DNA of 64,000 nucleotides, taken from NCBI RefSeq assembly GCF_009914755.1, contig NC_060928.1; one strand, given 5' to 3'. Within the stretch, counting starts at the first letter, position 1. Each line of letters starts with the position of its first letter. Below are positions 48,801-60,143 of this stretch, in pieces. The translations under genes were made by a program, and so were the position numbers. The notes under the pieces are model-generated. The model searched no databases. It was not told the origin of the DNA and was given only the letters and a program-made list of their open reading frames with translations. Source of the DNA: the human T2T-CHM13v2.0 reference genome, Homo sapiens.

Positions 48801-49815
48801 GATAAATAGAAATTCATTGGAATAAAAAAAAAAACCTTCCTTTCAAGACATATCATTAAGAAAATTAAAAGTCAAGTTACAGGTTGAGTGAAAATACTCA
48901 TAATATATCTCACAGAGAACTTGTACCCAGAATACATAAACAATTCCTATAAATCAATAAAAATCAATAACACTCTAAATAAAATATGAGCAAAGGACTT
49001 GAACAGAGTTCCATGAAAAGAGACACATTAATGGCCAAGGTTCGTAGGATATAATGCTCTCAATAGCATCAATCATCAGAGAAATGCCAAAAATACCCAA
49101 GGAAATCACTATTTCACAGCCAATAAAAATGACTAACCTCTCACCAACAAATATAAGTGTAGATGAGAAACAACTGGACCAATACCCTGTCATTGCTGAT
49201 GACAGGGTAAGATGGTATAACCAGATGGGGAAACTGGCGATTCCTTGGCAACTTCAATACTAGCTTTTCACTCAAGAGGAAAAAATGCGTATGTCTGCAA
49301 AAAGACTTGTAGGAGAATATTTATATTAAATTTATTAATAATAGCTTGAAACAAACTTGAAATAACCCCAATGACTGTCAGTAGGTGACTGAATAAATAC
49401 ACTGTGGTAAATACATACAGTGGACTATGACTTAGCACTAAAAATTAACAAAATAATGACATATGCTACAAAATGAAAAAATACCCCCTGCCAAAAACAC
49501 TATGTGGACAAAAAAGCCACCATAAAAATGTAAATACTGTTTGATTATATTTATATTATGTTTAGAAGAGGCAATGAAATTGTAGTAGTGTAAATTAAAT
49601 TTGTGGTTGTCTGGTGTGTGGGTGGGTTGGTTGGGTGGGGACTGACCATAAAGGAGAATAGGAGAACTTTCTGGAAAAGAAAAAGGAAATATGTTATATC
49701 TTCATTATTATAGTGGTTACAAGGCTTTGTCAAATCATTTTGAACTTATAGTATGTGTATCTACACCTAAAGAGGGGATCTTATATATGTAAATTAGAGC
49801 TCAACAAAATTGATA
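45845..49815 (+). mobile_element. Ancient L1M (L1ME-like) with 5' region, ORF1 and endonuclease remnants and 3' end; most of ORF2 missing
   Basis: A-rich decayed L1 phrases (GAAATTCTAGAAC, GGAAAAAGATGTATCAATGCAAA, GGCAATGATTTCTTAGAT-like, GCAAAGGACTTGAACAG, GTGGTTACAAGG); boundaries approximate. Confidence 0.7.
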
Positions 49816-50069
49816 AGATTACAGATAAAAAGGAAAATATACTGGCAAGTGTAGCATAATCTTTCTGACAAAAATGAGATTATTTTGAATCTTTAAATTC
49901 TAATTTGATTATTGTTGTGAGACTGTTAATAATTGAACCAGTGCATTAGAATGAATCAGCTCTTCTGATTAGCAACCAATTTCTCTTAAAGGAGGCATTG
50001 GTCTTTTGAAAAAATCTTATTTGCCCTTTTATCCTATAGCAGAATGTAGATATTCATTCTACTTTTAGC

Positions 50070-51640
50070 TATTAATTTGATAAATATTAACTGAGTACAA
50101 AAAATTGTTGATAATTTTGCCAGGAGCTGTAGATAAAATAATAAACAATGTTAAATGCATTTTCTGCCTTTGTGGAATTTACACTGTGTTGAATGAAGAC
50201 AGACAATGATTAAGTAATAACAATATATGTGCAGCATCTCAACTGTGGTAAGTCACTGTGACTGAGTGGTACATGGTGCTAATGGCAACAGAAAATTTGA
50301 CCCAGCCTGGGTGGCAATGTATAGGTTACGAGGATCTCATATCTGAGCTGAGACCTTAAAGAAGTAAGAATAAACTAAATATTAAAGTGTTGATAAAAGA
50401 ATGTTCCAGAAAGAGGGACTGCCAAGTGTAGAAGACCTATAGTGAGAAGGAATATGATTTATATGAGAAAACTAAAGAAAGGTTGTGTAGAGCAAAGCAT
50501 AAAAAGAACATGGTACAAGGTACATGTGGAGAGGTCCCCAGGATCTGACTAGTGCCGGTCTGTAGAGGTCGTGTTTAGAAACACATGATATAATGCTCTC
50601 AATAGCATCAATCATCAGAGAAATGCCAAAACTATCCAAGGAAATCACTATTTCACAGCCAATAAAAATGACTAAACTCTCACCAACAAATATAAGTGTA
50701 GACGAGAAACAACTGGACCAAATACCCTGCTATTGCTGATGACAGGGTAAGATGTTATAACCAGATGGGGAAAGTGGCGATTCCTTGGCAATTTCAGTAA
50801 TAGCCATTCACTCAAGAGGAAGGAATTATCTTTATATTAAGAAATATGGGGGGACACCAATCACACATTTTTAGCAAAAGTCCATAGTGTGTTTTACAGG
50901 AAAAAAATTTGCATTTTAGCAAATCACAAATACTGCCTTATGAACTATTTGAAGGGAATAAGCATGTGTACAAATAATATTTTTAGTCATTTACTTCAGT
51001 AGCATAACTGAGAGTTAATATGAGATGGCTAAAGTTGTGGTGGTAGAGACGGAATGATTTAGAGGAATTGCACATTTTTTTTTTTTAAGGGAGCATATTG
51101 ACCATATTCAAAGATACGTTGTATATTTAGACCTAAGTGTGTGAGGGTAGAGGAGTGGTGGGTTCACGTGAGAGAGATTGAAGTGTCAGGAATGATTCCA
51201 CGATTCCATTTGCTTCGTGTTTACCAATGAGGAATTCATTTATTGACTTGGAGATCACTAAAAACTGGTCAGTAACTTTGTGCTTATTTGTTTATTTATT
51301 TATTTATTTTTGGCATGCTGGAATAGAAAAACATCACGAGTCTTTTACTGATATTGAATTGGCTTTGATATGCAGAATTCACAATGTCAATTAAAAAGTT
51401 GAACACTGAGGAATGGAACTTTCTAAGTATTCTGGGCTGGAGACAGAAATATATGACTCATTTGAGTATGGATGATAATTGAAGCAATATGAAAGATGAT
51501 TTCTCCTAGGAAAAGTGTGGATAATGAAGTATAAAAAATAAATTAAAAATTAATGCAATTCAACTTTTTATATCCACATTGAGAAAATGAGCTTATCAGG
51601 TGACTTAGCAAAGTGGCCAGGAGAGTAATAAGGAACACAA
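50070..51640 (-). mobile_element. L2 element interrupted by a duplicated L1 piece
   Basis: CTGCCTTTGTGGAATTTACA, ATCTGAGCTGAGACCTTAAAG, AAAGAATGTTCCAGAAAGAGGGA, TCTGGGCTGGAGACAGAAAT. Confidence 0.7.
50587..50821 (+). repeat. Local duplicate of 49048-49281 (about 94% identity)
   Basis: Manual alignment: 13 substitutions and one 1-bp indel over 234 bp. Confidence 0.95.
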
Positions 51641-51649
51641 AGAGAATAT

Positions 51650-51913
51650 TGGGTCAGAGGGAATTCTCCCGGACTTGCTTTCTCTTTTTGGTCACCACTC
51701 TCAGCTTTTGAGCTTCACTCGTTCATGGATTAAATTTCTTCCTCTGGTTCTAGTTATAAACAAACATAGTGGTTTTCTAGACCCAAGCTGGATACTGCCT
51801 TGCTTGTGGAAATGTGAGTTAATTTAGTATTCTTTTAATAAATTCCCTTTACTGCCTAAGATGCTTTGAATTGAGCTTTCAATAATTTTAATAATATATT
51901 CCTGAGTAATATA
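51650..51913 (+). mobile_element. Old ERVL-type LTR 3' fragment (LTR16/33-like)
   Basis: AATAAATTCCCTTT..GCCTAAG..TGAATTGAGCTTTC..TCCTGAGTAATATA terminus pattern. Confidence 0.45.
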
Positions 51914-54752
51914 GTTGTAATTTTGAGTGGTATATCTGGCTGTTCAAACTATGTTCAGTTTGTGAAATCTCAAAACAGCATACTCTACTACCTTTAATCA
52001 AAATTCCTGAAACGACATCTTCTTTAGACTTAAATTTACTAGCTAACAAAGTTGAAATAGAACTATTGTATGGTTTATAATGAATGTGAAATCAAAGATT
52101 CTTTACCTGTGTTTTTTCTTTAAACTGTTTTATTGTTCCAATAGTAATACTACATTTATGAAACTCTTATTAACAGCTATTAAGAGAAAAGTGGATATAA
52201 ATTGAAACTTCATACTCTCAAACTGCAATTTTAAAACGAAATAACCCGTATTCTCAGAAATCTAGGGCAGATTCTATAGAAATGCATATGAATTCATAGG
52301 ACTGAGTTTTATTTGTGAAGATAATTATGTCTTACAATTTTTCTTATTAATTGTGAGAAAAGAGAAAAGAGAAAAGCCATGTTGGAATGGAAATGTCTAC
52401 ATAAAGTAGTAATATAAGTCCAATGGCTTTAAAAATGTACAAGAATTAATCAAAAAAGTGAAAAATAATCAAGGGTTTAAATAATTAAAATAAAATACAT
52501 TTGAATGAAAAAATGGTACATGTACCCTTGAACATAAAAGATAAAAAATTTTTTGATATTAAAAAAGGATAATAGGTTATACATTTGAGCAAATTTAACA
52601 GACCTTTACTTTCATTTTATTTAAGATTGAAAATATATGCACAAAATATTCTTTTTGTATATCTCTTTTTTTTCCCCTCTAACCGTCTGGTTGAATTGAA
52701 ATCTGGAAGCCACAGAAAGAATACTGAAGCTATTAATCTATCCCTGAGATATTTACTTACCGCTATTTTTGTAGATATATTCAGGGGCATTCTGTTTTTC
52801 TTGCCACAGTGTTATTTTATCTATTGGATTACTTCACAAAAAGGAAAACATGGCAAATTTTGTAGCTCTCCAAGTTTACTTTAAGTCATTTTTAAAAATC
52901 TCTCTAAACTATCAAAACTGAAACTTGACAATATTATTCCTAATATGGTTAGAGGATCAAATGGGATTAATAAAAAAAATATAGATGCTTTTGGTATTAA
53001 GAAAACTTGGTAATAATGTTCTATCTGTTTATTTAGTTATTCTTCTTATCTTGATATGTCAAAAGTCTGATAAAGTAAATAAATTTTCCACATAACTATA
53101 TCAAAATTCGTGTTAGTGTTTGAGTAGACACAGGTACATATCAAGAAATGCCCTCTGATATTTTTGACAAAACATTTCAATGAAGAAAAAGGATATGTAT
53201 ACTTCAAGAGTTTGTACCATGTTTCATGTGCTTCTGCTTGTTAAATTACTAAATATTTTAAATAAGAATTGACATAAAACTAACACATTATAGTGTAGAT
53301 CCTAAGTTTTTCTTTTTATGAAATATTTAAATATATATTTTGACACCAAATGTACATTAACAACAGGCTACACCAAAATAATTTCAAATCACTTTTGAAA
53401 TGGTCAGAGATAATTTATCATTTTACTGGATTATCCCAGTTTTTTCTGGGTCTCATTTTCAACCTTGTGTTCCTTCTCTGTCACATGTGGAAACACACAC
53501 TCATCAATGAACAAATAAACTAAGACAGTTACTTATTCCAGTTTGCCTAGCCTTTTGATTTCTATGAGTTGGTAACATGAGTATGCAAAGCAGAAAACTG
53601 AATTCAGAATTCTAGGTTAAAGTGTTTCTTGCACATTTTATAACCCGGGAAACTCTTTTAAGGAGAAATTGAAGCTTCTCAGTGAAGCATGGAAGAAGCA
53701 CTTAGATCTTGGTCTCCTTAGCTTGTTCGGCTCCCTTTAACCACTTTCATCACCATTATTATCTTAAAAAACAGAATCATCCACGGAAGTTGCAGGGAGA
53801 GCATTTTAAAGCCAAGTGTTCTGGTAGGATGTTATCACAACACAGTGTGCTGGCATTATGTTGCCACTGAGCGTCTGAAGGCATTATCTACCAAGAGATG
53901 AGCGTAGACACATTCATTATGAGCCTACCATGATTTTAGCCTTCACATATGCTTCACATAACCACTTAAATACCACAGTTTGAAGAGCCTTTTAAAATCA
54001 TCATAGTTTAATGAGACTAGTGCTGCTTCTACAAACACAGATATAAGAAACTACTATAATTTACTATAAACACATTTTATGTAAAAAATGTTGCAGTTAT
54101 TCAGTGCATAGGGATGAAGAGTTTTATAGAATTGTAGTAAGTTTCTTAAAATATTGTGTTAATTCAGATATTACAAGTGCAAGCCGTCTATTATGTGATG
54201 ACAAGAAAATTCCTCCAGAAATAAGCCTGACATGTTTAACAGAGAGAAAAAAGTCACTTTTATATGCTAATTTTCTAGCTATGTAAATTTACTCAATCTT
54301 CTATTTTATATCAGAAACTTCTATAGCAAATTGGGATGTAGATCTCACTTAATAAAAATGTGATATTAGAATATTCTAACAGAACAGATAACGAAGAAAA
54401 TTATTTGTATTGAAATTTTTTTTTTTGCCAAAATAATTATTTTAGGGTTCCCTAAATAGCAAATTTATCTATGACTTTAATGGTGGGTTTGATGTAGGAG
54501 ACATTTTGTGCACAACTTGTAGATAAAAAATGTAAAACTGTGTTTTACATAATTGTCCTTAAAATGAGCTCTTTAAGATGACTCTTTAAAACCTTATAGT
54601 TTTGCTATTTAAATCTTATTGTCTCATTTAATTATTAAGACTACTTCACTTTGATTTTTTCTATATATTAAATAATATTCAAATAATTATTATTTTCTTC
54701 ATAAAAATCAAAGTATAAAATATAAGAAAATATTTTTAAAAGAGTAAAATAA

Positions 54753-55623
54753 TGATAGGGACAGTGAGCACAGAAATTCTAGTCAGAAAAGGGTAGGTCC
54801 CTGGCGAAGAACCACTCTCAAGCTGAAAAGCCTGAGACCATGGCCCAAAGTAAGAACTTAACATCTCTGTTTTCCCCCTCTAATGGCGCCTTTTTGAAAA
54901 CCACCCATTGCCCGCCCCACCCCCCATCCTGTACCCATAAAAATTCCTGACCCGACTGGCAGAGAGCAGAGAAGGGGAGAAGAGGAGAAGCAGCTGGATG
55001 TCAGAGCCTCTGGTTGATGTCGGAGAGAAGCAGCTTCCCTTCTGAGGGACAGGTTGATAGTGTTGCTTCAGAGAGGAGTCTGGCCGGGAAAGGCCAGATT
55101 CTGGGGGAAGATCAGCTTCCCACTCCATACCCCTTCCAGCTCTTCTTCCCATTGAGGGCTACTTTCATCGGCAATAAAATCCCCTGTATTCACCACCCTT
55201 CAATTTGTTTGTGCGACCTGATTTTTCCTGGATGCTGAACAAAAGCTCGGGTGCCACGGATGTGGATGCTAAAGGCTGTCACACTGACTCTCTGCCCTTG
55301 CCGGTGGAGAGCAACTGCCTCACGCCAAAAGACAGAGGGCCCACTGAGCTGTTTAACACTTAAGCTGTCAGTGGACAGCAAAGCTAAAAGAGCAGTGTAA
55401 CACACACCCTCTGGAGATTTGGGGTTCACAGATACTCCCCTCTAGATTCTGCCACAGGGCCCGTACAAAGTTTTGTTGCTGGCAGTGCCCAAAAGCACTC
55501 ACTCCAGCTCCCGCACCTGCTCGCCTGCAAGCTCTGCCTCTCACAAGGGGTTGAGAGCTGTGGGCTAAGTGAAGCACTCCTGTTTTGAGGCCCATGAAGG
55601 GGTCAAGGAAATTTCCTGTTTCA
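54753..55623 (+). mobile_element. ERV1 solo LTR of the LTR28/LTR1/LTR27 group
   Basis: TGATAGGGACAG..AGAAATTCTAG..AGAAAAGGG start and CCTGTTTCA end (TG...CA); GC box at 54911-54918, CATAAAAA near 54936, AATAAA at 55173-55178; GC-rich island in AT-rich flanks. Confidence 0.8.
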
Positions 55624-55854
55624 TCAACAAGAGCAAGTCTGGTGCTGAACTTCTCAGGTTGCATTTAGCAGTATTCTGATCCAAAAATATGATATGTTTT
55701 CCTGTGTACAGGCATGTTCCCTTTAATAATCCAATGAACTGTTTTCAAAGAATTTCTGCTGTCTCTGAAATGCTACCTCACATAGATTATAATTCACTTA
55801 ATTACTAGTTTCATCTGTATCAAAGACAGAGCTGAGACTAATTACCAGCACATT

Positions 55855-56720
55855 TCATTCATTTATTCAGCACCTGCTAATTGCTAGGCATTGCTCTTAG
55901 TATTGCTGTGTAAGAAATCAACTGACAAACAATCTGCCCTCAAAGATTTTACATTCTACTTGGCCAGAAAAAAAATGGTAGACATAATTACTAGGTACTT
56001 AATTCATTATGTCAGAAAGTAAAATGTGCTATGTAGAAAAATAAAGCAGAAGTGGCAATAAGGAGTGAAGATTAAGACTGGAAGTTTTAGTGTTAAATAG
56101 AATGGCCATTATAGACCCTACTGACGAGGTGATATTGTGTTAAAACAAAAACTTGGAAGCAGGGGGGAAGTAAATGAAGTGGATGTCTTAGGGGAAGAAC
56201 TTGAGGCAATGTGTATTGTTTGTTTCAAGAAACAAGAAGGAGATTTGTGTGGCTGGATCATTTAGAACAATGGTCAGAGTAGTAGAAATGATGTCACAGA
56301 AGTACTGGGAGGTAACTGGATAGTTTTACTTTGAGAAAAGTGAGTTGCTAAAGAATGTTTTGATTTGAAGAATACTTTAATCTTAGTTAAGTATTATAGA
56401 ACTCTTCTGGCTAGTCTGTTGTGCTAGATTAGGAACACCAGTTAGGAGGGTAATGCAATGATCCAGAATAGTGAGAAATGACTGGAATGCAGATGCATGT
56501 TGACATTAGAACTAACAAGATTTGGCCATAGGGTAGACATAGACGGTGAGAAAAAGAGAGGAGGCAAAAATGACTCTATTATTTTAGCCTGATAAACCAG
56601 AAGGATGGAGCTGCCTTTAACTTGATGGGAAAGGCCCAGATGAAGCGGGATTGTGGCAGGGCAGAACATGCCTGTTTGGTTTCTATGTGGATTACTCAGT
56701 ATTCTCATATGCTAGAAGAG
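55855..56720 (-). mobile_element. L2 fragment
   Basis: CATTCATTTATTCAGCACCTGCTA..CTAGGCATTG, CTGCCCTCAAAG..TTTACATTCTA, GGATGGAGCTGCCTTTAACT. Confidence 0.65.
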
Positions 56721-57318
56721 GTTTAGGGATGTGGTTGTATGGAATGAAGTCCAAACAAAGTTCATGATCATATGTCTTTTTATCTTTTAAACTTATTATT
56801 TTTAGCACATCTTTTGACATATTTTCATGTACAACTTAAGGGTTTATTGTTCAATGCCTAGTGTTGCTTTAGTATTTGTCTTATCTGTGAATACACACAC
56901 ACACACAAACACACACATACCATAAAACTCCTTGTGGGCATCATAGCCATTAAATGTATTATACCCCTATTGTGTGTCTAAAAGAGTCCTAGGCATAATG
57001 TGTACATTAAATAAATATTTGTTCTATTTAAATGAGTAAAAGGTTATTCTTAAAACCTACAAAAATACCAAGGTAAACCTTTCAATTAAATGCATATACA
57101 TATGCAGTACACACACATTTAAAAGTATTTGAGATACTCCGTAGACTATAAGAGTTACATCACTACTGGAACTGGGTGGAAGGAATAACTGTTTAACAAT
57201 TTGAATTACGCATTTTTAAGGAATGAGTTTCAATATAAAATAAACTTGGAACATTATAGTCTATATTTGTACACATTTTTCTTGGTTTTGCAAATAGAAT
57301 ACTACAAATTAAAATGTG

Positions 57319-57751
57319 CGGTTTACCCTTGAACAATGCAAGGGTTAGGGGCACTCAACTGTGTGCAGTAAAAAATCCTCATATAACTTTTGACTCCTCA
57401 AGAAATTAACTACTAATAGCCTACTGTTGACTGGAAGCCTTACTGATAACATAGTCAATTAATACATGTTTTGTATGTTATATGTACTATATATTGTATT
57501 CTTACAATAAAGTAAGATAGAAAACAGAAAATGTTATTAAGAAAACCATAAGGAAGGGAAAGTATATTTACCATCCATTCAGTGGAAGTGGATCATCATA
57601 AAGGTCTTCATCCTCATCATCTTCACATTGAGTAATAGGCTAAGGAGAAAGAAAAAGAAGGGTTGGTCTTGTCTCAGAGATAACAGAGGCAAAAGGAAAT
57701 CTACGTATAAGCACCTATGTGATCAAACCTGTGTTGTTCAAAGGTCAACTC
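57319..57751. mobile_element. Tigger2a/MER28 (TcMar-Tigger) element, 433 bp
   Basis: Terminal inverted repeats CGGTTTACCCTTGAACAA and TTGTTCAAAGGTCAACTC, followed by TA. Confidence 0.85.
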
Positions 57752-59765
57752 TACACAGGTTGTTTAATTACCTGTCTTTTTTTTCTGGTTAATTTATTTC
57801 ATATTAAATACAACCAGAGTTGTTTGTAAGGTGTTGCAGAAGGAACAGAGTAACAGCCATTTCTTCTGATAATCACCATTATTACAGAGCTAAAATAAGA
57901 CACCTGGGATGGAGCAAAGGGGTGGGTTTCACAGAGCGGCATATAGAACGTGACTTTTGTGTGTTTACATAGCAGCAGCAAAGTTATACTATTTCTTTCT
58001 TCTCTATTTCAGAATATTGGCCACTAACAGGGAATCTGTATAAAATGTGTGAAATTAGCATTCTCCTAGTGATTACAGTCAATGTAGTGAGAATTAGTTT
58101 TATATAGAATTAAACATGATCTAGTTAAAGTTTGTTACAAGAAGTCACATAGATGGGAAGGCTATAAATGAGTCACCTCTAAGCCAGGATTGAAAATTTG
58201 GGAAATATATAATCCCATAAAAATTTATTCGTCATTTGACGCATGAAGAGTGAAGGAAATGTGAAGATTCTTTCTTTACATTTAGACTTCTAGAATTTAT
58301 TTCTACAGTTTTCTTTCCTACGTAATAATTTGATTACTAATGATCATCAGCTTTGTGCGTCAGTTTTCTGATATGACTAGAAATGGTTCTATGTATAATT
58401 TATAAGCAGTTTCAACATTGGGACATTCAAAAATTACTAGATATATTTCTGCTTCCAAGAAAGGACACATTTTGCCTATAATCTTAATGTGATACTTTCA
58501 ATATTTATTTAGAATAATACTTTATATTTAGACAATTTATTCCCAAAATACATATATACAGAAATTAAGTATTTTGCACTTTCTGGTAATTGTCAGCTCA
58601 TTTTTCTATGATACATTTTTTGAAGTATAATATTTTTGAATGAGGTATGTCTAAAAACAAGTAGAATTTTTTTTGTGTCTCAGTATCTGTGCTAGATAGA
58701 ACTAAATATTATGCATAAAATTGAGAAGTGGTTATTATTATAAAAAATGAGTAATCATCTACAGATGTTTATCCTAGTGCATTTTTCTTTTCTTTTTTTT
58801 ATTTTTTGTCATCACTGGAGATACAGCTAAAAGGATGGCCTCAGCGTACATTAATAAAATGAATATAGTTTTATTTAACATGGATTTAAAAATTTTCTTA
58901 CTTTCGCATATTTTCATGAGAATTAGAGACTAATGCATGATTTTATTCCCAGGTTAAAATAATATTTCAGAGAACAAAGACTCCACAACACTAATGGAAA
59001 AAAAAGGAAAAGAAAAAGGAATCAATAAAACTAAAAAGTTTAACCCAAATGCCATGGTAAAGATCATGAGGAAATTCTGCTCAAATACATAAAAGAATCA
59101 TCTCTTTTAAGCATTTATAGTTTCCTCATTTCAAAGGCTTATATTAAATTCTTAACCCTCTAGAATCCTTATTCTTTCCTTAGGTAGGTTAAGACTGTAG
59201 GTCAACATGGAAAGTAGAACAGATAAAAACATAATAAAATTGAGATGTTTAATAAATATTTTTATAGTATTTTATGCTCCTGTGTAGAGAAAATGTTTTC
59301 TTCCTAAGGTGCGATATCTAGAAATAGCCATAGTTAGAACCATATTTGGCTGATTAATTTTGCAGTGAAAATACATTTAAGAAAGGTTAGATAGTAAATT
59401 ATATATCAGATGCATTTTTGTGTACTTCATGGCATCAAATGTGTACTATCTTTAATTTATTCTGTGTAGCCCCAGGTTTATAGCAGCTCAAGCTTTTGGA
59501 AATTAAAGTAAAATGAATTTATATCAACACACTAATGAAATTATTTCAAATTGCTTTTCAGTTATAAAGTAGGCTTTTGGGGGAAGTGCCGAGTCTCCCA
59601 CATTGTAGATGTTCCAATATAAACTGGTTAAATCTTCAGTAGGATTTTTTAGAAGAGAAATAAAAGTACAAACATCAAATGAGTAATTAGAATAGATTTA
59701 CTTTTAAATTAGTCCCAATATTTAGATTTTTTCATTGGTTAAATAAAACTTTTTTTCAGTGTGAA

Positions 59766-60143
59766 TGATGTGGTTTGGTTCTCTGTCCCCACCCAAATCT
59801 CATGTTGAATTATAATTTCCAATGTTGGGGGAGGGAACTGGTGGGAGGTGATTAGATCTTGGGAGTAGATTTCCCCGTTGCTGTTCTTGTAATAGTGAGT
59901 TCTCACAAGATCTGATGGTTTAAAAGTGTGCGGCATGTTCCCATTCACTCTCTCTTTCTCCTGCTTGGCCATGTGAAGAAGGTGCTTGCTTCCCCTTTGC
60001 CCTTCTGCCATGATTGTAAGTTTCCTGAGGCTCTTCCCCTACCATGCTTCTTATACAGAACTGTGAGTCAATTAAACTTCTTTTCTTCATAATTACCCAG
60101 TCTCAGGTAGTTCTTTATAGCATTGTGAGAATGGACTAATATG
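59766..60143 (+). mobile_element. THE1D/MSTA-like MaLR solo LTR with 5-bp TSD
   Basis: TGATGTGGTTTGG..CCCCACCCAAATCTCATG start; GGACTAATATG end; TSD GTGAA at 59761-59765 and 60144-60148. Confidence 0.92.

Noticed and set aside
52518-52548. ACATGTACCCTTGAACATAAAAG plus A-run, resembling an extreme L1 3' stub
   Set aside because: Too short to support, and no clear TSD
59580-59730. Possible L3/CR1 3' fragment
   Set aside because: Similarity too weak to call by eye
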